Notes: generated by a model from the sequence alone, not told the origin. DNA of 64,000 nt from Thermoproteota archaeon (GCA_041640715.1 JBEPZU010000001.1:10535-74534), one strand, 5' to 3'. Shown: positions 14,413 through 24,646, counted from the stretch's first letter. Made by a program: numbers and translations.

Positions 14413-14774
14413 AATCCAAAAAACCTAAAACTCAAAGAAGAAATCTTTATAAATTACTAACAAATAAAGAAGCAAACAAACTTTTGCGTGCACATCTAAG
14501 TAGTGAACTTAGAGAGAAATACAAGAGAAGATCCTTTAGAGTTAGAAGGAATGATATCGTTAGAATTATGCGTGGTTCTTATAAAGGCTATGAAGGCAAA
14601 GTGATCAAAGTAGATTCTAAGAGGGGGTATGTTTATATCGAAGGTCTTACGAGAAAGAGTATGCGGGGTAAGCCTGTTATGATACCTATTCATGCTTCTA
14701 AAGTGATGATAGTTCAGTTAGACCTAAATGACAAATATAGAGTAGAGAAGTTGGAGGAGAAGATAAGAGCATGA
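14409..14774 (+). CDS. rpl24: ribosomal protein L24
   Basis: 121 aa, KOW motif. Confidence 0.9.
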   Translation: MKSKKPKTQRRNLYKLLTNKEANKLLRAHLSSELREKYKRRSFRVRRNDIVRIMRGSYKGYEGKVIKVDSKRGYVYIEGLTRKSMRGKPVMIPIHASKVMIVQLDLNDKYRVEKLEEKIRA

Positions 14775-15556
14775 GTCGGCATATAAAGCGTTTAACAACA
14801 CCGTATTTTTGGCCTATCTTAAAGAAAACCAAAAAATGGGCAATACATCCCTCTCCAGGTCCTCATCCAATAGAATACTGCATTCCGATTGCATATATAT
14901 TGAGAGAGATTCTAGGATATGCAAATAATACTAAAGAAGTAAAATATATGCTTAGTAAAGGCTTTGTAAGGAGGGATAAAGTCATAATAAGAGACTATAA
15001 ATTCCCCGTAGGTATGATGGACACAATCGAACTTTCTAAGGACGTCGTGGCTTATAGATTACTCCCATATAAAGGGATTCCTCTGGTTTGTGCCAAAATA
15101 CCTTTAGAGGAATCCTCATTGAAGATCTGTAAAGTAATAGGCAAAAGAACAGTTAATGGAGGCAAAATACAGATAAATCTTCATGATGGAAGGAATATTC
15201 TATTAGAATCTGTTGATAAGGACAAAATAAAGATAAATGATGGGGTTTTAATAGAATTGCCTTCACAGAACATAAAGGAGATAATAAAATTTGAAGTTGG
15301 GAATCTTTGTTTGATATATAGAGGGGTCAATGCTGGTGCTTATGGAATATTAAAAAAAGTAGAAGAAATTCTGCCTAGAAAAAAGAGCATTATACAAATA
15401 GAAGATGTAAACGGTAATTTGATAAGGACTAACATTCAATATGCCTTTCCAATAGGTTTCGATAAACCTTTGATAAAGATCATAGAGAAAGAGGAAGACT
15501 ACGTACAGCCAGCTATATATAAGAAAATACATATGAGAGGTTATGTCGTCCGCTGA
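14771..15556 (+). CDS. rps4e: ribosomal protein S4e
   Basis: 261 aa, S4e family. Confidence 0.92.
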   Translation: MSRHIKRLTTPYFWPILKKTKKWAIHPSPGPHPIEYCIPIAYILREILGYANNTKEVKYMLSKGFVRRDKVIIRDYKFPVGMMDTIELSKDVVAYRLLPYKGIPLVCAKIPLEESSLKICKVIGKRTVNGGKIQINLHDGRNILLESVDKDKIKINDGVLIELPSQNIKEIIKFEVGNLCLIYRGVNAGAYGILKKVEEILPRKKSIIQIEDVNGNLIRTNIQYAFPIGFDKPLIKIIEKEEDYVQPAIYKKIHMRGYVVR

Positions 15557-16079
15557 AATTCTTCAAGAGAAGGTTAATCCTATGAGAAACATAAGAGTGT
15601 ATTCAGTAACATTGAATATGTCCGTAGGTTCTTCTGAAACAAAGTTGGAAGGTGCCGTAAAGATACTTGAGAAATTGACTGGACAAAAGCCTAGTCTTAG
15701 GAAAGCTAAAAAAACGATAAAGGAATTCAATATAAAAAAGGGAGAACCTATAGCATGTATGGTTACAGTTAGAGGGAGAAAGGCTGAAGATTTACTCGAA
15801 CGCTTATTAAGAGCCGTTAACAAAAAGCTTAATTCTTCTTCTTTCACAGAGCATGGTAACTTTAACTTTGGTATAAAAGAATACATTGATATTGAAGGTT
15901 TACCTTATGATCCTTCAATAGGTATTCTAGGGATGGATGTTTGTGTTAATTTAGCTAGGGCTGGATTAAGAGTTGAAAAAAGAAGAATTAAAAAATCTAA
16001 GATAGGAAAGCATCATAGAGTTAGCAAAGAAGAAGCAATAGAATTCATGAAGAAAAGATTCAATGTAGAAATCCTATGA
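15543..16079 (+). CDS. rpl5: ribosomal protein L5
   Basis: 178 aa, L5 family. Confidence 0.93.
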   Translation: MSSAEILQEKVNPMRNIRVYSVTLNMSVGSSETKLEGAVKILEKLTGQKPSLRKAKKTIKEFNIKKGEPIACMVTVRGRKAEDLLERLLRAVNKKLNSSSFTEHGNFNFGIKEYIDIEGLPYDPSIGILGMDVCVNLARAGLRVEKRRIKKSKIGKHHRVSKEEAIEFMKKRFNVEIL

Positions 16080-16237
16080 AGCAACCCAAACCTAGAGAAA
16101 GGAAATTCGGCAAAATAGTAAATAAATGCAAGAGATGTGGTACAACACAAGGTGTAATAAGGAAATATAATCTAGGTTATTGTAGGAGATGCTTTAGAGA
16201 AATAGCTCCTTTGATGGGTTTCACGAAGTATGAATAA
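16076..16237 (+). CDS. rps14: ribosomal protein S14 (zinc-binding type)
   Basis: 53-aa ORF absent from the ORF track: [53 protein letters not shown]; CxxC..CxxC; ATG overlaps the L5 stop; expected position between L5 and S8. Confidence 0.9.
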   Translation: MKQPKPRERKFGKIVNKCKRCGTTQGVIRKYNLGYCRRCFREIAPLMGFTKYE

Positions 16238-16273
16238 TAATTTATTCTTTAACCATACTAAATCATATTTGGT

Positions 16274-16657
16274 ATGAATCTGCTCGCAAATACTCTAAGT
16301 GCAATTAAGAATGCAGAGATGAGGAATAAAAAGGAGTGCATAGTATATCCTACTTCTAAATTCGTAGCCACAGTACTCAAGGTGATTCAGAAGAACGCAT
16401 ACATAGGTGAGTTTGAACTCATAGATGATGGAAGAGGAGGGAAGTTTAGAATTCAATTGTTAGGTAGGATAAACAATTGTGGTATAATAAAGCCTAGGAT
16501 AGGAGTAAGTTATAAAGAGCTAGTAAAGTATGAAAGCAAGTTTCTCCCAAGCAAAGAGATTGGAATATTAATATTATCTACGTCTAAGGGGATAATGACT
16601 AGTAGAGAAGCTAGAGAGAATAGGATAGGAGGCATTCTATTGTGCTATGTCTATTAG
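16274..16657 (+). CDS. rps8: ribosomal protein S8
   Basis: 127 aa, S8 family. Confidence 0.92.
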   Translation: MNLLANTLSAIKNAEMRNKKECIVYPTSKFVATVLKVIQKNAYIGEFELIDDGRGGKFRIQLLGRINNCGIIKPRIGVSYKELVKYESKFLPSKEIGILILSTSKGIMTSREARENRIGGILLCYVY

Positions 16658-17225
16658 CCAATCTTCTCAGGTGTTGAATAGAGAAGAAATAGAAATCCCT
16701 AGCGATGTAAAGGTGAGCATAAGCGATAACTTCATTGTAGAGATTTCGGGTAAGTTAGGTAAAAATATAAAAGATTTTAGTCCTTATACGCTAAAATTAT
16801 CGAAAAATTTTTATAAAATTTATAAGGAAAATAATAAGATAATTGTAGAAACTTATATGAAAGGCAAAAGGGGTTTATCGTTACTTTATACACTTGCTTC
16901 TCGAATTAGATCTGCAATTAAAGGAGTTAGAGAAGGTTATGTCTATAAACTCAAGATTGTTTATTCGCATTTCCCTATTACCGTTAAAGTAAAAGACAAA
17001 TTTGTTTATATCGAGAATTTCATCGGAGAAAAATCCCCTAGGATAGCGAAGATAATAGGCGAAAACACAAAGATAGATGTCGAAGGAGAAGATGTAATTG
17101 TAAGAGGAACAGACAAAGAGGAAGTAAGTCAAACTGCTGCTAATATACAACAAGCGACCAAAATAAAGAAAAGAGATCCGCGGAAATATTTAGATGGGAT
17201 ATACATATATCATAGGGGTAAGTAA
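16647..17225 (+). CDS. rpl6: ribosomal protein L6
   Basis: 192 aa, L6 family. Confidence 0.92.
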   Translation: MSISQSSQVLNREEIEIPSDVKVSISDNFIVEISGKLGKNIKDFSPYTLKLSKNFYKIYKENNKIIVETYMKGKRGLSLLYTLASRIRSAIKGVREGYVYKLKIVYSHFPITVKVKDKFVYIENFIGEKSPRIAKIIGENTKIDVEGEDVIVRGTDKEEVSQTAANIQQATKIKKRDPRKYLDGIYIYHRGK

Positions 17226-17631
17226 AATGAAGCATAAATCCAAAGAATTTAAAAAGTTAAGTCGCTCTCTTAAGATAAGGGAATTTCAGAAAAGCAAGTT
17301 GCCAGATTTTGTTAGAAGTGATTCATGGAAAGTTAAGAGGTTAGAGGATTCTGGATGGAGGAAACCTAAAGGTTTAGATAATAAAATGAGAATTGAAAGG
17401 AAAGGATGGCCTCCTAGAGTTAAAATAGGGTATAGGAAAATAAAGGAAGCTAGATATCTTCATCCTTCAGGGCTTAGAGAGGTTTTAGTTCATAATTCAA
17501 AAGAATTGAGCGAATTAGATCCTAATATACATATTGTGAGAATAGCATCAAGTGTAGGGAAGAAGAAAAGGATAGAGATAATAGAGAAAGCTAAAGAATT
17601 GGGTCTTAGAATTGCGAATAGTATAATATGA
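17194..17631 (+). CDS. rpl32e: ribosomal protein L32e
   Basis: 145 aa, L32e family. Confidence 0.88.
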   Translation: MGYTYIIGVSKMKHKSKEFKKLSRSLKIREFQKSKLPDFVRSDSWKVKRLEDSGWRKPKGLDNKMRIERKGWPPRVKIGYRKIKEARYLHPSGLREVLVHNSKELSELDPNIHIVRIASSVGKKKRIEIIEKAKELGLRIANSII

Positions 17632-18053
17632 GCTTAAACTACATCAAAGAGCTTGCTTCTAAGATAACTGGAGCAGGTAAATCTAGGATTTACATAGATC
17701 CGAATTATTATGACAGACTATCCACTGTAATTTCTAGGGAAGAGGTAAAAAAACTGATCGAGGATGGAATAATCAGAGTAAAGCAGAAAAAAGGTCAAGT
17801 TTGGAGGGAAGAGAAGATAAGGAAAAAAAGGAAAAGAAAAGGTCCAGGAAGCAAAAAAGGAAAGAGAGTTAAAGTTAAGAAAAAGGAATACGTGAAGAGA
17901 GTTCGAGGTCTTAGGCGCTTTCTAAAACAGCTTTATGAAAAGGGAGCCATGGATTCCTCTGTTTATAGGCGGTTGAGGCTTATGATCAAAGCTGGTGCTA
18001 TAAATTCAAAGAGTAGGATTAAAGCTTATCTTGAATCTTTGAAAAAGAAGTAA
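17628..18053 (+). CDS. rpl19e: ribosomal protein L19e
   Basis: 141 aa, L19e family. Confidence 0.9.
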   Translation: MSLNYIKELASKITGAGKSRIYIDPNYYDRLSTVISREEVKKLIEDGIIRVKQKKGQVWREEKIRKKRKRKGPGSKKGKRVKVKKKEYVKRVRGLRRFLKQLYEKGAMDSSVYRRLRLMIKAGAINSKSRIKAYLESLKKK

Positions 18054-18055
18054 TT

Positions 18056-18628
18056 ATGCCATATCGGATCAAATTTCGTAGAAGAAGAGAGGGTAAGACG
18101 AATTATAAAAAGAGAAAAATATTCGTTATTTCTGAGAAGATAAGGTTTTGCGTGAGAAGGAGCAATAAATACGTTCTGGTTCAATTCATAAAACATGAAC
18201 CTAAGGGGGACGTAACACTTCTAGCAGTCCATTCTTCTAGGTTGAAAAAATACGGCTGGCAATTTTCCTGTAAGAATCTTCCTGCATGTTATTTGACTGG
18301 TTATCTAGCAGGTCTGAAGGCTTTAAAAAAAGGAATACATGAAGCTGTGCTAGATATGGGATTAAGAAGTGCTACGAAGGGTAATAGGATATTTGCAGCT
18401 GTTAAAGGCGCTTTAGATGCGGGACTTAAGGTTTTTGTTTCTGATGAGATATTACCTAGTGAAGATAGGATCTTAGGCAAACATATTCTAAATTATTATA
18501 ATCTTCTCAAAGAAAAAGGTGAGCATGAGAAAAGGTTTAAGGTATCCGTTGAAAATCTCCCAGAGGTTTTTGAAAAAGTTAAATCTTTAATTACAAAAAA
18601 TTTTGGTGTTAATCATGTCTCTAATTGA
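18056..18628 (+). CDS. rpl18: ribosomal protein L18
   Basis: 190 aa, L18/L5e family. Confidence 0.9.
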   Translation: MPYRIKFRRRREGKTNYKKRKIFVISEKIRFCVRRSNKYVLVQFIKHEPKGDVTLLAVHSSRLKKYGWQFSCKNLPACYLTGYLAGLKALKKGIHEAVLDMGLRSATKGNRIFAAVKGALDAGLKVFVSDEILPSEDRILGKHILNYYNLLKEKGEHEKRFKVSVENLPEVFEKVKSLITKNFGVNHVSN

Positions 18629-19220
18629 AAGCTGGGAACCTAAAACTAAGGTTGGAAGAATGGTTAAGGAAGGCAAAATAAGGAGTATAGATGAGATATT
18701 TCAGAATAATTACAAGATACAAGAACCCTATATCGTAGATATTTTATTGCCTAATTTAAAAACTGTCGTTCTTTTTTCAACTGTCGTTCAAAAACAAACC
18801 GCTGCTGGTGAACTTACTAGATTTAAAAGCCTTGTAGCAGTAGGGGACGGAAACGGTCATATAGGATTGGGGATGGGTAAGGCAAGACAAACTAGAATAG
18901 CTATGGAAAAGGCCACAGCGAATGCCAAGCTTAATATAATACCTGTAATGAGAGGATGTGGAAGTTGGGAATGTTCTTGCGGAAGACCGCACAGTGTGCC
19001 TTATGTAACCTATGGGAAGTCAGGCTCTGTAGAAATAAAGATAAAACCTGCGCCCTATGGCTTAGGATTGGTAGCAGGAGATTTCGTTAAACCCATCTTC
19101 ACTTTAGCAGGAATTTCTGATATTTGGTCGTTCACGAGAGGGAATACAAGTAATAGGATTAACTTCGCTTTTGCGGTTTATAATGCATTTAAAAACATTT
19201 ATAAGCTTAACTTGTTCTAA
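18603..19220 (+). CDS. rps5: ribosomal protein S5
   Basis: 205 aa, S5 family. Confidence 0.93.
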   Translation: MVLIMSLIESWEPKTKVGRMVKEGKIRSIDEIFQNNYKIQEPYIVDILLPNLKTVVLFSTVVQKQTAAGELTRFKSLVAVGDGNGHIGLGMGKARQTRIAMEKATANAKLNIIPVMRGCGSWECSCGRPHSVPYVTYGKSGSVEIKIKPAPYGLGLVAGDFVKPIFTLAGISDIWSFTRGNTSNRINFAFAVYNAFKNIYKLNLF

Positions 19221-19681
19221 TGGACAACCTTCTTGCTATTATAAGAATAAGGAGCCTAATAGATAGAAATCCAGATGTAAGGAAGGCGCTCTATTTGCTA
19301 AGATTGAGGAGGACGAATGTCTGTGTAATATATCCCGAAACTGAAGCATTAAAAGGAATGCTCAAATTATCTTCCCAAGTAGTAACTTACGGTGAGATTG
19401 ATAAGTCTACTTTAATAGAATTATTGAAGAAAAGAGGAAGAACGTGGGGCGATAAAAAATTGAATGAAGAGATCTTAAAGAAGTTTGGTTATCCTAGTTT
19501 TGAAGTACTTGCTGACGAAATTTTTGAAAAAAAGGAAATACCTAAGTTCATCAAACCCTATTTTAGACTCAATCCTCCTAGAGGGGGTTTCAAGAAATCA
19601 ACTAAGAAATATTTGGAGAATAAGGGAGAACTTGGTTATAGAGGCAAAGCAATTAATGAATTATTGTTAAGAATGCTCTAA
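19220..19681 (+). CDS. rpl30: ribosomal protein L30
   Basis: 153 aa, L30/L7e family. Confidence 0.9.
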   Translation: MDNLLAIIRIRSLIDRNPDVRKALYLLRLRRTNVCVIYPETEALKGMLKLSSQVVTYGEIDKSTLIELLKKRGRTWGDKKLNEEILKKFGYPSFEVLADEIFEKKEIPKFIKPYFRLNPPRGGFKKSTKKYLENKGELGYRGKAINELLLRML

Positions 19682-19725
19682 AGTTAAGATTTTATTTATG
19701 TGTTAAGAATAAAAGTATATCTTAG

Positions 19726-20175
19726 ATGGTAGTTAGAAAGGAGAAAGCTTCAAGAAAAAGGAGGGGTTATAGAGTTCACGGTTATGGCAGAACTGGACAG
19801 CACAGGAGAAGTGGAAGAAAAGGAGGGGTGGGCAAAGCGGGTAGAAAATCTGGTAAACATAAGTATTCTTGGGTATTGAAATACGATCCTGATTATTTCG
19901 GAAAGCATGGCTTTAATAGACCTAATAAGAAAGAATACAGAGAGATAAGCCTACTTGAAATATCTCAATTCAGCGAGAAATGGCTTTCTAGTGGAATGGC
20001 TAGAATCAATGATGAAGGATATGTAGAAATAGATCTGTCCAAGCTAGGATATAACAAAGTAGTTGCAGGTGGTTCTCTCATCGGGAAATTCATCTTGAAG
20101 TCTGAATCGTTTAGTAAGGCAGCTTTGGAGAAAATAGTTAATAGTGGCAGTAAGGCTATAAATGTCGGCGCTTAA
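19726..20175 (+). CDS. rpl15: ribosomal protein L15
   Basis: 149 aa, L15 family. Confidence 0.9.
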   Translation: MVVRKEKASRKRRGYRVHGYGRTGQHRRSGRKGGVGKAGRKSGKHKYSWVLKYDPDYFGKHGFNRPNKKEYREISLLEISQFSEKWLSSGMARINDEGYVEIDLSKLGYNKVVAGGSLIGKFILKSESFSKAALEKIVNSGSKAINVGA

Positions 20176-21595
20176 TTCTTTAAAGGGTATTCTGAGATAT
20201 TTGCCTGAGGTACCCAAGGCTAGGAGACCTGTTAGTTTTAGAGAGAAAGCTAGCTGGACTATAATCGTCGCAACTGTTTATATAATTTTCACTCAAATCC
20301 CATTATATCCCTTATCTGTTTCCCAACAGGCCACGGCAGTACCTCCCATATTCTCTATAATATTTGCCACAAGAACTGGTACGTTGGCCCAGTTGGGAGT
20401 AGGACCTATAGTGACTGCAGGTCTCATAATGCAATTGCTAGTAGGTTCAAAGATAATAAACTTAGATTTAACCGATAAGGCACAGCGTGCTTTATTTACG
20501 GGGGTTCAAAAATTCTTGGCTATTATATTTACAATTGTAGAGGCTATCGTGTTTGTATCCAGCGGACTGCTTCCAGCTGGCAATTTAGGCAATGCAACTT
20601 TAGTAGTAATTCAACTCCTAGCAGTGGGCATATTGATAATTCTTTTCGATGAAATATTGCAGAAAGGATGGGGCTTCGGAAGTGCGGTCAGTCTTTTCAT
20701 CCTTCTAGGAGTAGCCCTTCAAATTTCGGTAGAGCTTTTTAGTCCCGCTTTTATTTCTGACGGGATATATGCAGGCTTAATACCTTCTGCCATATCGGTA
20801 ATCGGAGGACAAGCGAATATCAATTATTTCCTTTTCGGACATCCCAATATTGCCAGATCTTCTTCCTTAGTAGGTTTGATAGCAATGGTAGTTCTACTAG
20901 TTTTGTTGGTTTATTTACAACAAGTCAAGATAGAGATACCTGTAGCTTACCCTAAGTATGGCGGAATAAAGGCAAAAATACCCTTACAATTGCTCTACGT
21001 TTCCAACGTCCCTGTAATACTCGCAGGCGCATTGACGGCTAATTTGCTATTCTTTGGTCAAATGGCTTGGAATAATTACAATAGAGATAATCGAGATCCT
21101 TTATTGAATGCATTTGCCCAATTCAATGTTGTAGGGAATCCTCCCCAAGCAATACCTACTGGAGGCCTTCTCTATTATCTATCTCCTCCTAGAGGGCTTA
21201 ATTCAGTTTTCAACGACCCTATCCATGCAGTGGTTTACATCGTCCTCTTTTCACTGATATGTGTGCTCTTCGCTATAGCTTGGGTTGAGACTTCTGGTAT
21301 GGGAGCTGAAGAGCAAGCTAAAAGAATGGTAAAGTCTGGTATTCAAGTCCCTGGATTCAGACATAGCGAAATGGTTTTGAGTAATATCTTGAAGAGATAC
21401 ACCAAGACTCTAACATGGTTTAGTGGTTTATTGATAGGTTTCTTGGCTTCAATTTCGGATGTGGTAGGAGTGATAGGTACAGGAATAGGGTTGTTATTGG
21501 CTATTGGTATAATAAATCAATATTATAGAATTCTAGCGAAAGAAAGAATAGAAGAAGAGTTCCCGTCAATAGCTAGATTCTTAGAAATCACATAG
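20162..21595 (+). CDS. secY: preprotein translocase subunit SecY
   Basis: 477 aa, 10-TM SecY. Confidence 0.95.
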   Translation: MSALNSLKGILRYLPEVPKARRPVSFREKASWTIIVATVYIIFTQIPLYPLSVSQQATAVPPIFSIIFATRTGTLAQLGVGPIVTAGLIMQLLVGSKIINLDLTDKAQRALFTGVQKFLAIIFTIVEAIVFVSSGLLPAGNLGNATLVVIQLLAVGILIILFDEILQKGWGFGSAVSLFILLGVALQISVELFSPAFISDGIYAGLIPSAISVIGGQANINYFLFGHPNIARSSSLVGLIAMVVLLVLLVYLQQVKIEIPVAYPKYGGIKAKIPLQLLYVSNVPVILAGALTANLLFFGQMAWNNYNRDNRDPLLNAFAQFNVVGNPPQAIPTGGLLYYLSPPRGLNSVFNDPIHAVVYIVLFSLICVLFAIAWVETSGMGAEEQAKRMVKSGIQVPGFRHSEMVLSNILKRYTKTLTWFSGLLIGFLASISDVVGVIGTGIGLLLAIGIINQYYRILAKERIEEEFPSIARFLEIT

Positions 21596-21596
21596 C

Positions 21597-22064
21597 ATGT
21601 CTGACGTTATATTTGTACTATATGAATTTGGAATGATTTTCCTTTTTGCGCTAATTCCTTCGTTATTATCAGGATTTTTAATGCGTTTTCTAATATCTAG
21701 ATCATTAGGTATTAGCAGATACAGGCATATCATGAGGGAAATAAGGGATTTCGATAGGCAAATGTTGCGAGCAGTTAGAGCTAAGGATGAATCTAAACTT
21801 AGTAAGCTTAAAAATAAGAAGCCATACATCGATAAGATGCGCGCTCAGACTTTTAGGATCAGCATGATAAACACTTTTGTAATGCTTACTTTCTATTACA
21901 TATTCTTTATATTCCTCTTCACCCAAATTTTCGTAGTTACATTTGAAGTATCCTTTCCTTTTTTTTCTCCCGATTTCAAGATACCAATCTATTATTGGTA
22001 TATAGTAACACTCTTCATGGTAGGTTTATTAATAAATAGAATATTAGGGATATACTATGCCTAG
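21597..22064 (+). CDS. DUF106-family membrane protein (archaeal Oxa1/YidC/EMC3-like)
   Basis: 155 aa; TM1, basic coiled-coil, TM2-TM3 topology typical of DUF106; conserved position after secY. Confidence 0.5.
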   Translation: MSDVIFVLYEFGMIFLFALIPSLLSGFLMRFLISRSLGISRYRHIMREIRDFDRQMLRAVRAKDESKLSKLKNKKPYIDKMRAQTFRISMINTFVMLTFYYIFFIFLFTQIFVVTFEVSFPFFSPDFKIPIYYWYIVTLFMVGLLINRILGIYYA

Positions 22065-22311
22065 GCCAGGACTTAGAAACAAAAAGGTTCATATAAGGAA
22101 GACACCAGGCGGCTCATTAAAGTTTCATTATGAAAAGCCGAAACGGGGTAAAGATAAATGCGCCATCTGTAAAGAAGAACTTCGCGGAACATATCATGGA
22201 AGAGGCTCTTTCTCTAAATCGTTCAGGAGGGTTAAAAGAATCTATGGCGGCTATCTTTGCCATCGTTGTCTTGAAAAGATGATAATAAACGAAGTCATAA
22301 AGACTTGGTAA
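22057..22311 (+). CDS. rpl34e: ribosomal protein L34e
   Basis: 84 aa, L34e N-terminus, Cys cluster. Confidence 0.88.
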   Translation: MPRPGLRNKKVHIRKTPGGSLKFHYEKPKRGKDKCAICKEELRGTYHGRGSFSKSFRRVKRIYGGYLCHRCLEKMIINEVIKTW

Positions 22312-22862
22312 TAATAGCTATAAGCGGTCTAATCGGCTCTGGGAAGAGCGTTTTAGCTAAAGCATTGGCAGAAAGGTTCGGTCTTAGATTGGTTTCTGTG
22401 GGTTCCCTTTTTAGAGAACTGGCAAAAGAGATGAACATGGATCTGAAGAGCTTTCATAATTTAGCAGAGAAAGATCACAAATTTGACAGAATGGTTGATC
22501 AAAAAGCTATAGAAGAAGCTAAGAAAGGAAACGTAGTCATAGAAGGTCATCTTTCTTGTTGGATTCTTAAAGACATCGCAGATCTAAAGATTTTTTTGCA
22601 TGCACCACTCCAAGTGAGGGCTAGAAGGATAGCTGAGCGCGATTCTATCAGTATAGAAAAAGCTTTAGAGGAAATTAAGATAAGAGAGGAGAGCAATAAA
22701 AAGCGCTACAAAGAAATATACGGAATAGATATATCTGATATATCTTTCATGGATGTCGTCTTAAATTCTTCTAAAATAAGTAAAGAAGCTCTCTTCGAAA
22801 CACTTATATTCATAATCGAGGCTTATCTTTCTTATAGAGATGCCTCTAGTAACAATAGGTAG
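22305..22862 (+). CDS. cmk: cytidylate kinase (archaeal type)
   Basis: 185 aa, P-loop ISGLIGSGKS; conserved L34e-cmk-L14e neighbourhood. Confidence 0.85.
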   Translation: MVIIAISGLIGSGKSVLAKALAERFGLRLVSVGSLFRELAKEMNMDLKSFHNLAEKDHKFDRMVDQKAIEEAKKGNVVIEGHLSCWILKDIADLKIFLHAPLQVRARRIAERDSISIEKALEEIKIREESNKKRYKEIYGIDISDISFMDVVLNSSKISKEALFETLIFIIEAYLSYRDASSNNR

Positions 22863-23130
22863 ATTGGCTGTTAAGCTGAGAGGAAGAGATGCGGGAAGAA
22901 AGTGCGTCCTAGTTAATACTATAGACAAAAACTTTGTCGTAGTAACAGGACCTAAGCATTTGACAGGTGTTAGGAGGAGAAAGGTAAACATAGATCATCT
23001 ATTGTTCTTGCCGCAGCAGATAAAGATATCTAAGAATGCTTCTGATGAAGAAGTACTTAAGGCGCTTCAAGAAGCTAATTTAATCGATTTTATGAGAGAG
23101 GGGGTTTATGGATCAGCATCTAATTTATAA
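22840..23130 (+). CDS. rpl14e: ribosomal protein L14e
   Basis: 96 aa, L14e N-terminus (GRLAVKLRGRDAGRKCV). Confidence 0.88.
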   Translation: MPLVTIGRLAVKLRGRDAGRKCVLVNTIDKNFVVVTGPKHLTGVRRRKVNIDHLLFLPQQIKISKNASDEEVLKALQEANLIDFMREGVYGSASNL

Positions 23131-24087
23131 AGAGAGTGGTTTAAGGATAAAACTAAGTCCCTATCCTTTTGTAAAAAGGACGATAGAAGAGCATTTGAAT
23201 TTCTCTTTTGCTCTATTAGATAAACCTAGAGGGCCTACCAGTCATGAAGTAGCTGCTTGGATAAAAAAAGAATATGGAGTACCAGTCACACACAGCGGGA
23301 CTCTAGAGATATTCGGAGAAATCCCGCTGTTTCTGGGCTACTTTTGATACTTTTTGGAAAAGCTAGGAAATTAAGCAGCTTATTAGCTAGGTTCGATAAA
23401 ACCTACATATGCGAAATGCAATTACATGGGGATGTAGAAGAAGAAAAACTAAGAGAGACTATCAAACTTTTTGAGGGTAAAATATATCAAAAACCGCCTT
23501 TAAGAGCTGCTGTTAAAAAAGTTCCGCGGATAAGGAAAATATATTCGATAGAAATTCTGGACATTTTAGGAAGAAATGTGCTAATGAAGATCAGATGTGA
23601 AGCAGGGACTTATATTAGAAAGCTTTGTTTCGATATAGGAGAATTGCTTGGATGTGGTGCTCATATGACTGAGCTCAGAAGAATTGGAATAGGTTTTTTT
23701 GAAGAAAACTATAAATACCTAGCGACGTTACATGAACTATTCGGGGCGTATAGAATATGGAAATATAAAGGAGATGATTATTATCTTCGTTTATTCTTAA
23801 GACCCGTAGAGGAACTACTTTTTTTCTTACCTAAAGTTTTCATAAAAGATAGTGCCTTATTTTCAGTTACTCATGGTTCTTTTGTAGCTATGCCTGCGGT
23901 GGTTGCTGTGACTTCTAATCTAAAACCAAATCAGGTTGTAGGCATTTATTCTTTAAATAATGAACTAATAGCTATAGGTAAATCTGTGATTAGCGCTGAT
24001 GAAGTATTAAAGAAAGAAAAAGGTCTTGCGGTTAAAATAGACAAGGTCCTCAAAATTTTTGAAAAAAACGCCGGGAGTGGGATTTGA
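23108..24087 (+). CDS. cbf5: tRNA/rRNA pseudouridine synthase Cbf5 (TruB family), interrupted by a putative 14-nt archaeal mRNA intron at about 23308..23321
   Basis: Two ORF-track pieces (23108..23347 and 23257..24087) together give Cbf5 with its PUA domain; joining them needs removal of 14 nt, which recreates the catalytic HSGTLDP-AVSGLL motif. Confidence 0.85.
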
Positions 24088-24152
24088 ACCCACGAGGGGA
24101 AACCCCCACAGGCTCTCCAGGCCTGCGCCTTACCTGGCTAGGCTATCCCGGC
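24069..24152 (-). tRNA. tRNA-Ser (anticodon GGA)
   Basis: Reverse complement GCCGGGATAGCCTAGCCAGGTAAGGCGCAGGCCTGGAGAGCCTG TGGGGGTTTCCCCTC GTGGGTTCAAATCCCAC TCCCGGC; long variable arm. Confidence 0.88.
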
Positions 24153-24198
24153 TTTTGCTAAAATTTTTAAATGGAGCAATTTAATAAATTTACCATCG

Positions 24199-24645
24199 AT
24201 GTCAAAAGATTTCAAGTATGTAGTAAGGATATCTGCTACAGATTTGGAAGGAAAGGAGCAGTTATTCTACGCTCTCCAAAAAATAAAAGGAATAGGCATC
24301 AATACTGCGCTGGCCATTTGTAGGATTATGGGTCTAGATCCTTATACTAAGATAGGTTCTCTTGATGAAGAAACGATAAAAAAACTTGAATACATGGTCA
24401 AGAATTTACATGAAATAGCTCCCGCTTGGTTTTTGAACGTAAAGAAAGATAGATTTACAGGAGAAAACAAACACCTGATAGAATCGGATTTGATTTTAAA
24501 GGTTAGGGAAGACATAGAATTCCAGAAATCTCTGAAGAGCTGGAAAGGGATTAGACACGCTGCGGGTTTGAAAGTTAGAGGTCAATCAACTAGGACTACA
24601 GGAAGGACAGGTTTAACTGTAGGAGTTACAAAGAAAGCTGAATGA
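24199..24645 (+). CDS. rps13: ribosomal protein S13
   Basis: 148 aa, S13 family. Confidence 0.92.
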   Translation: MSKDFKYVVRISATDLEGKEQLFYALQKIKGIGINTALAICRIMGLDPYTKIGSLDEETIKKLEYMVKNLHEIAPAWFLNVKKDRFTGENKHLIESDLILKVREDIEFQKSLKSWKGIRHAAGLKVRGQSTRTTGRTGLTVGVTKKAE

Positions 24646-24646
24646 A

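Noticed and set aside
19485-19670. 61-aa ORF in an alternative frame inside rpl30
   Set aside because: Entirely embedded in a well-supported ribosomal protein gene; no independent signals.
23108-24087. Reading the two cbf5 fragments as a frameshifted pseudogene or two separate genes
   Set aside because: The break is flanked by a perfect 9-bp inverted repeat, and removal of exactly 14 nt restores the catalytic TLDP motif; this fits a spliceable intron better. Sequencing error cannot be excluded.
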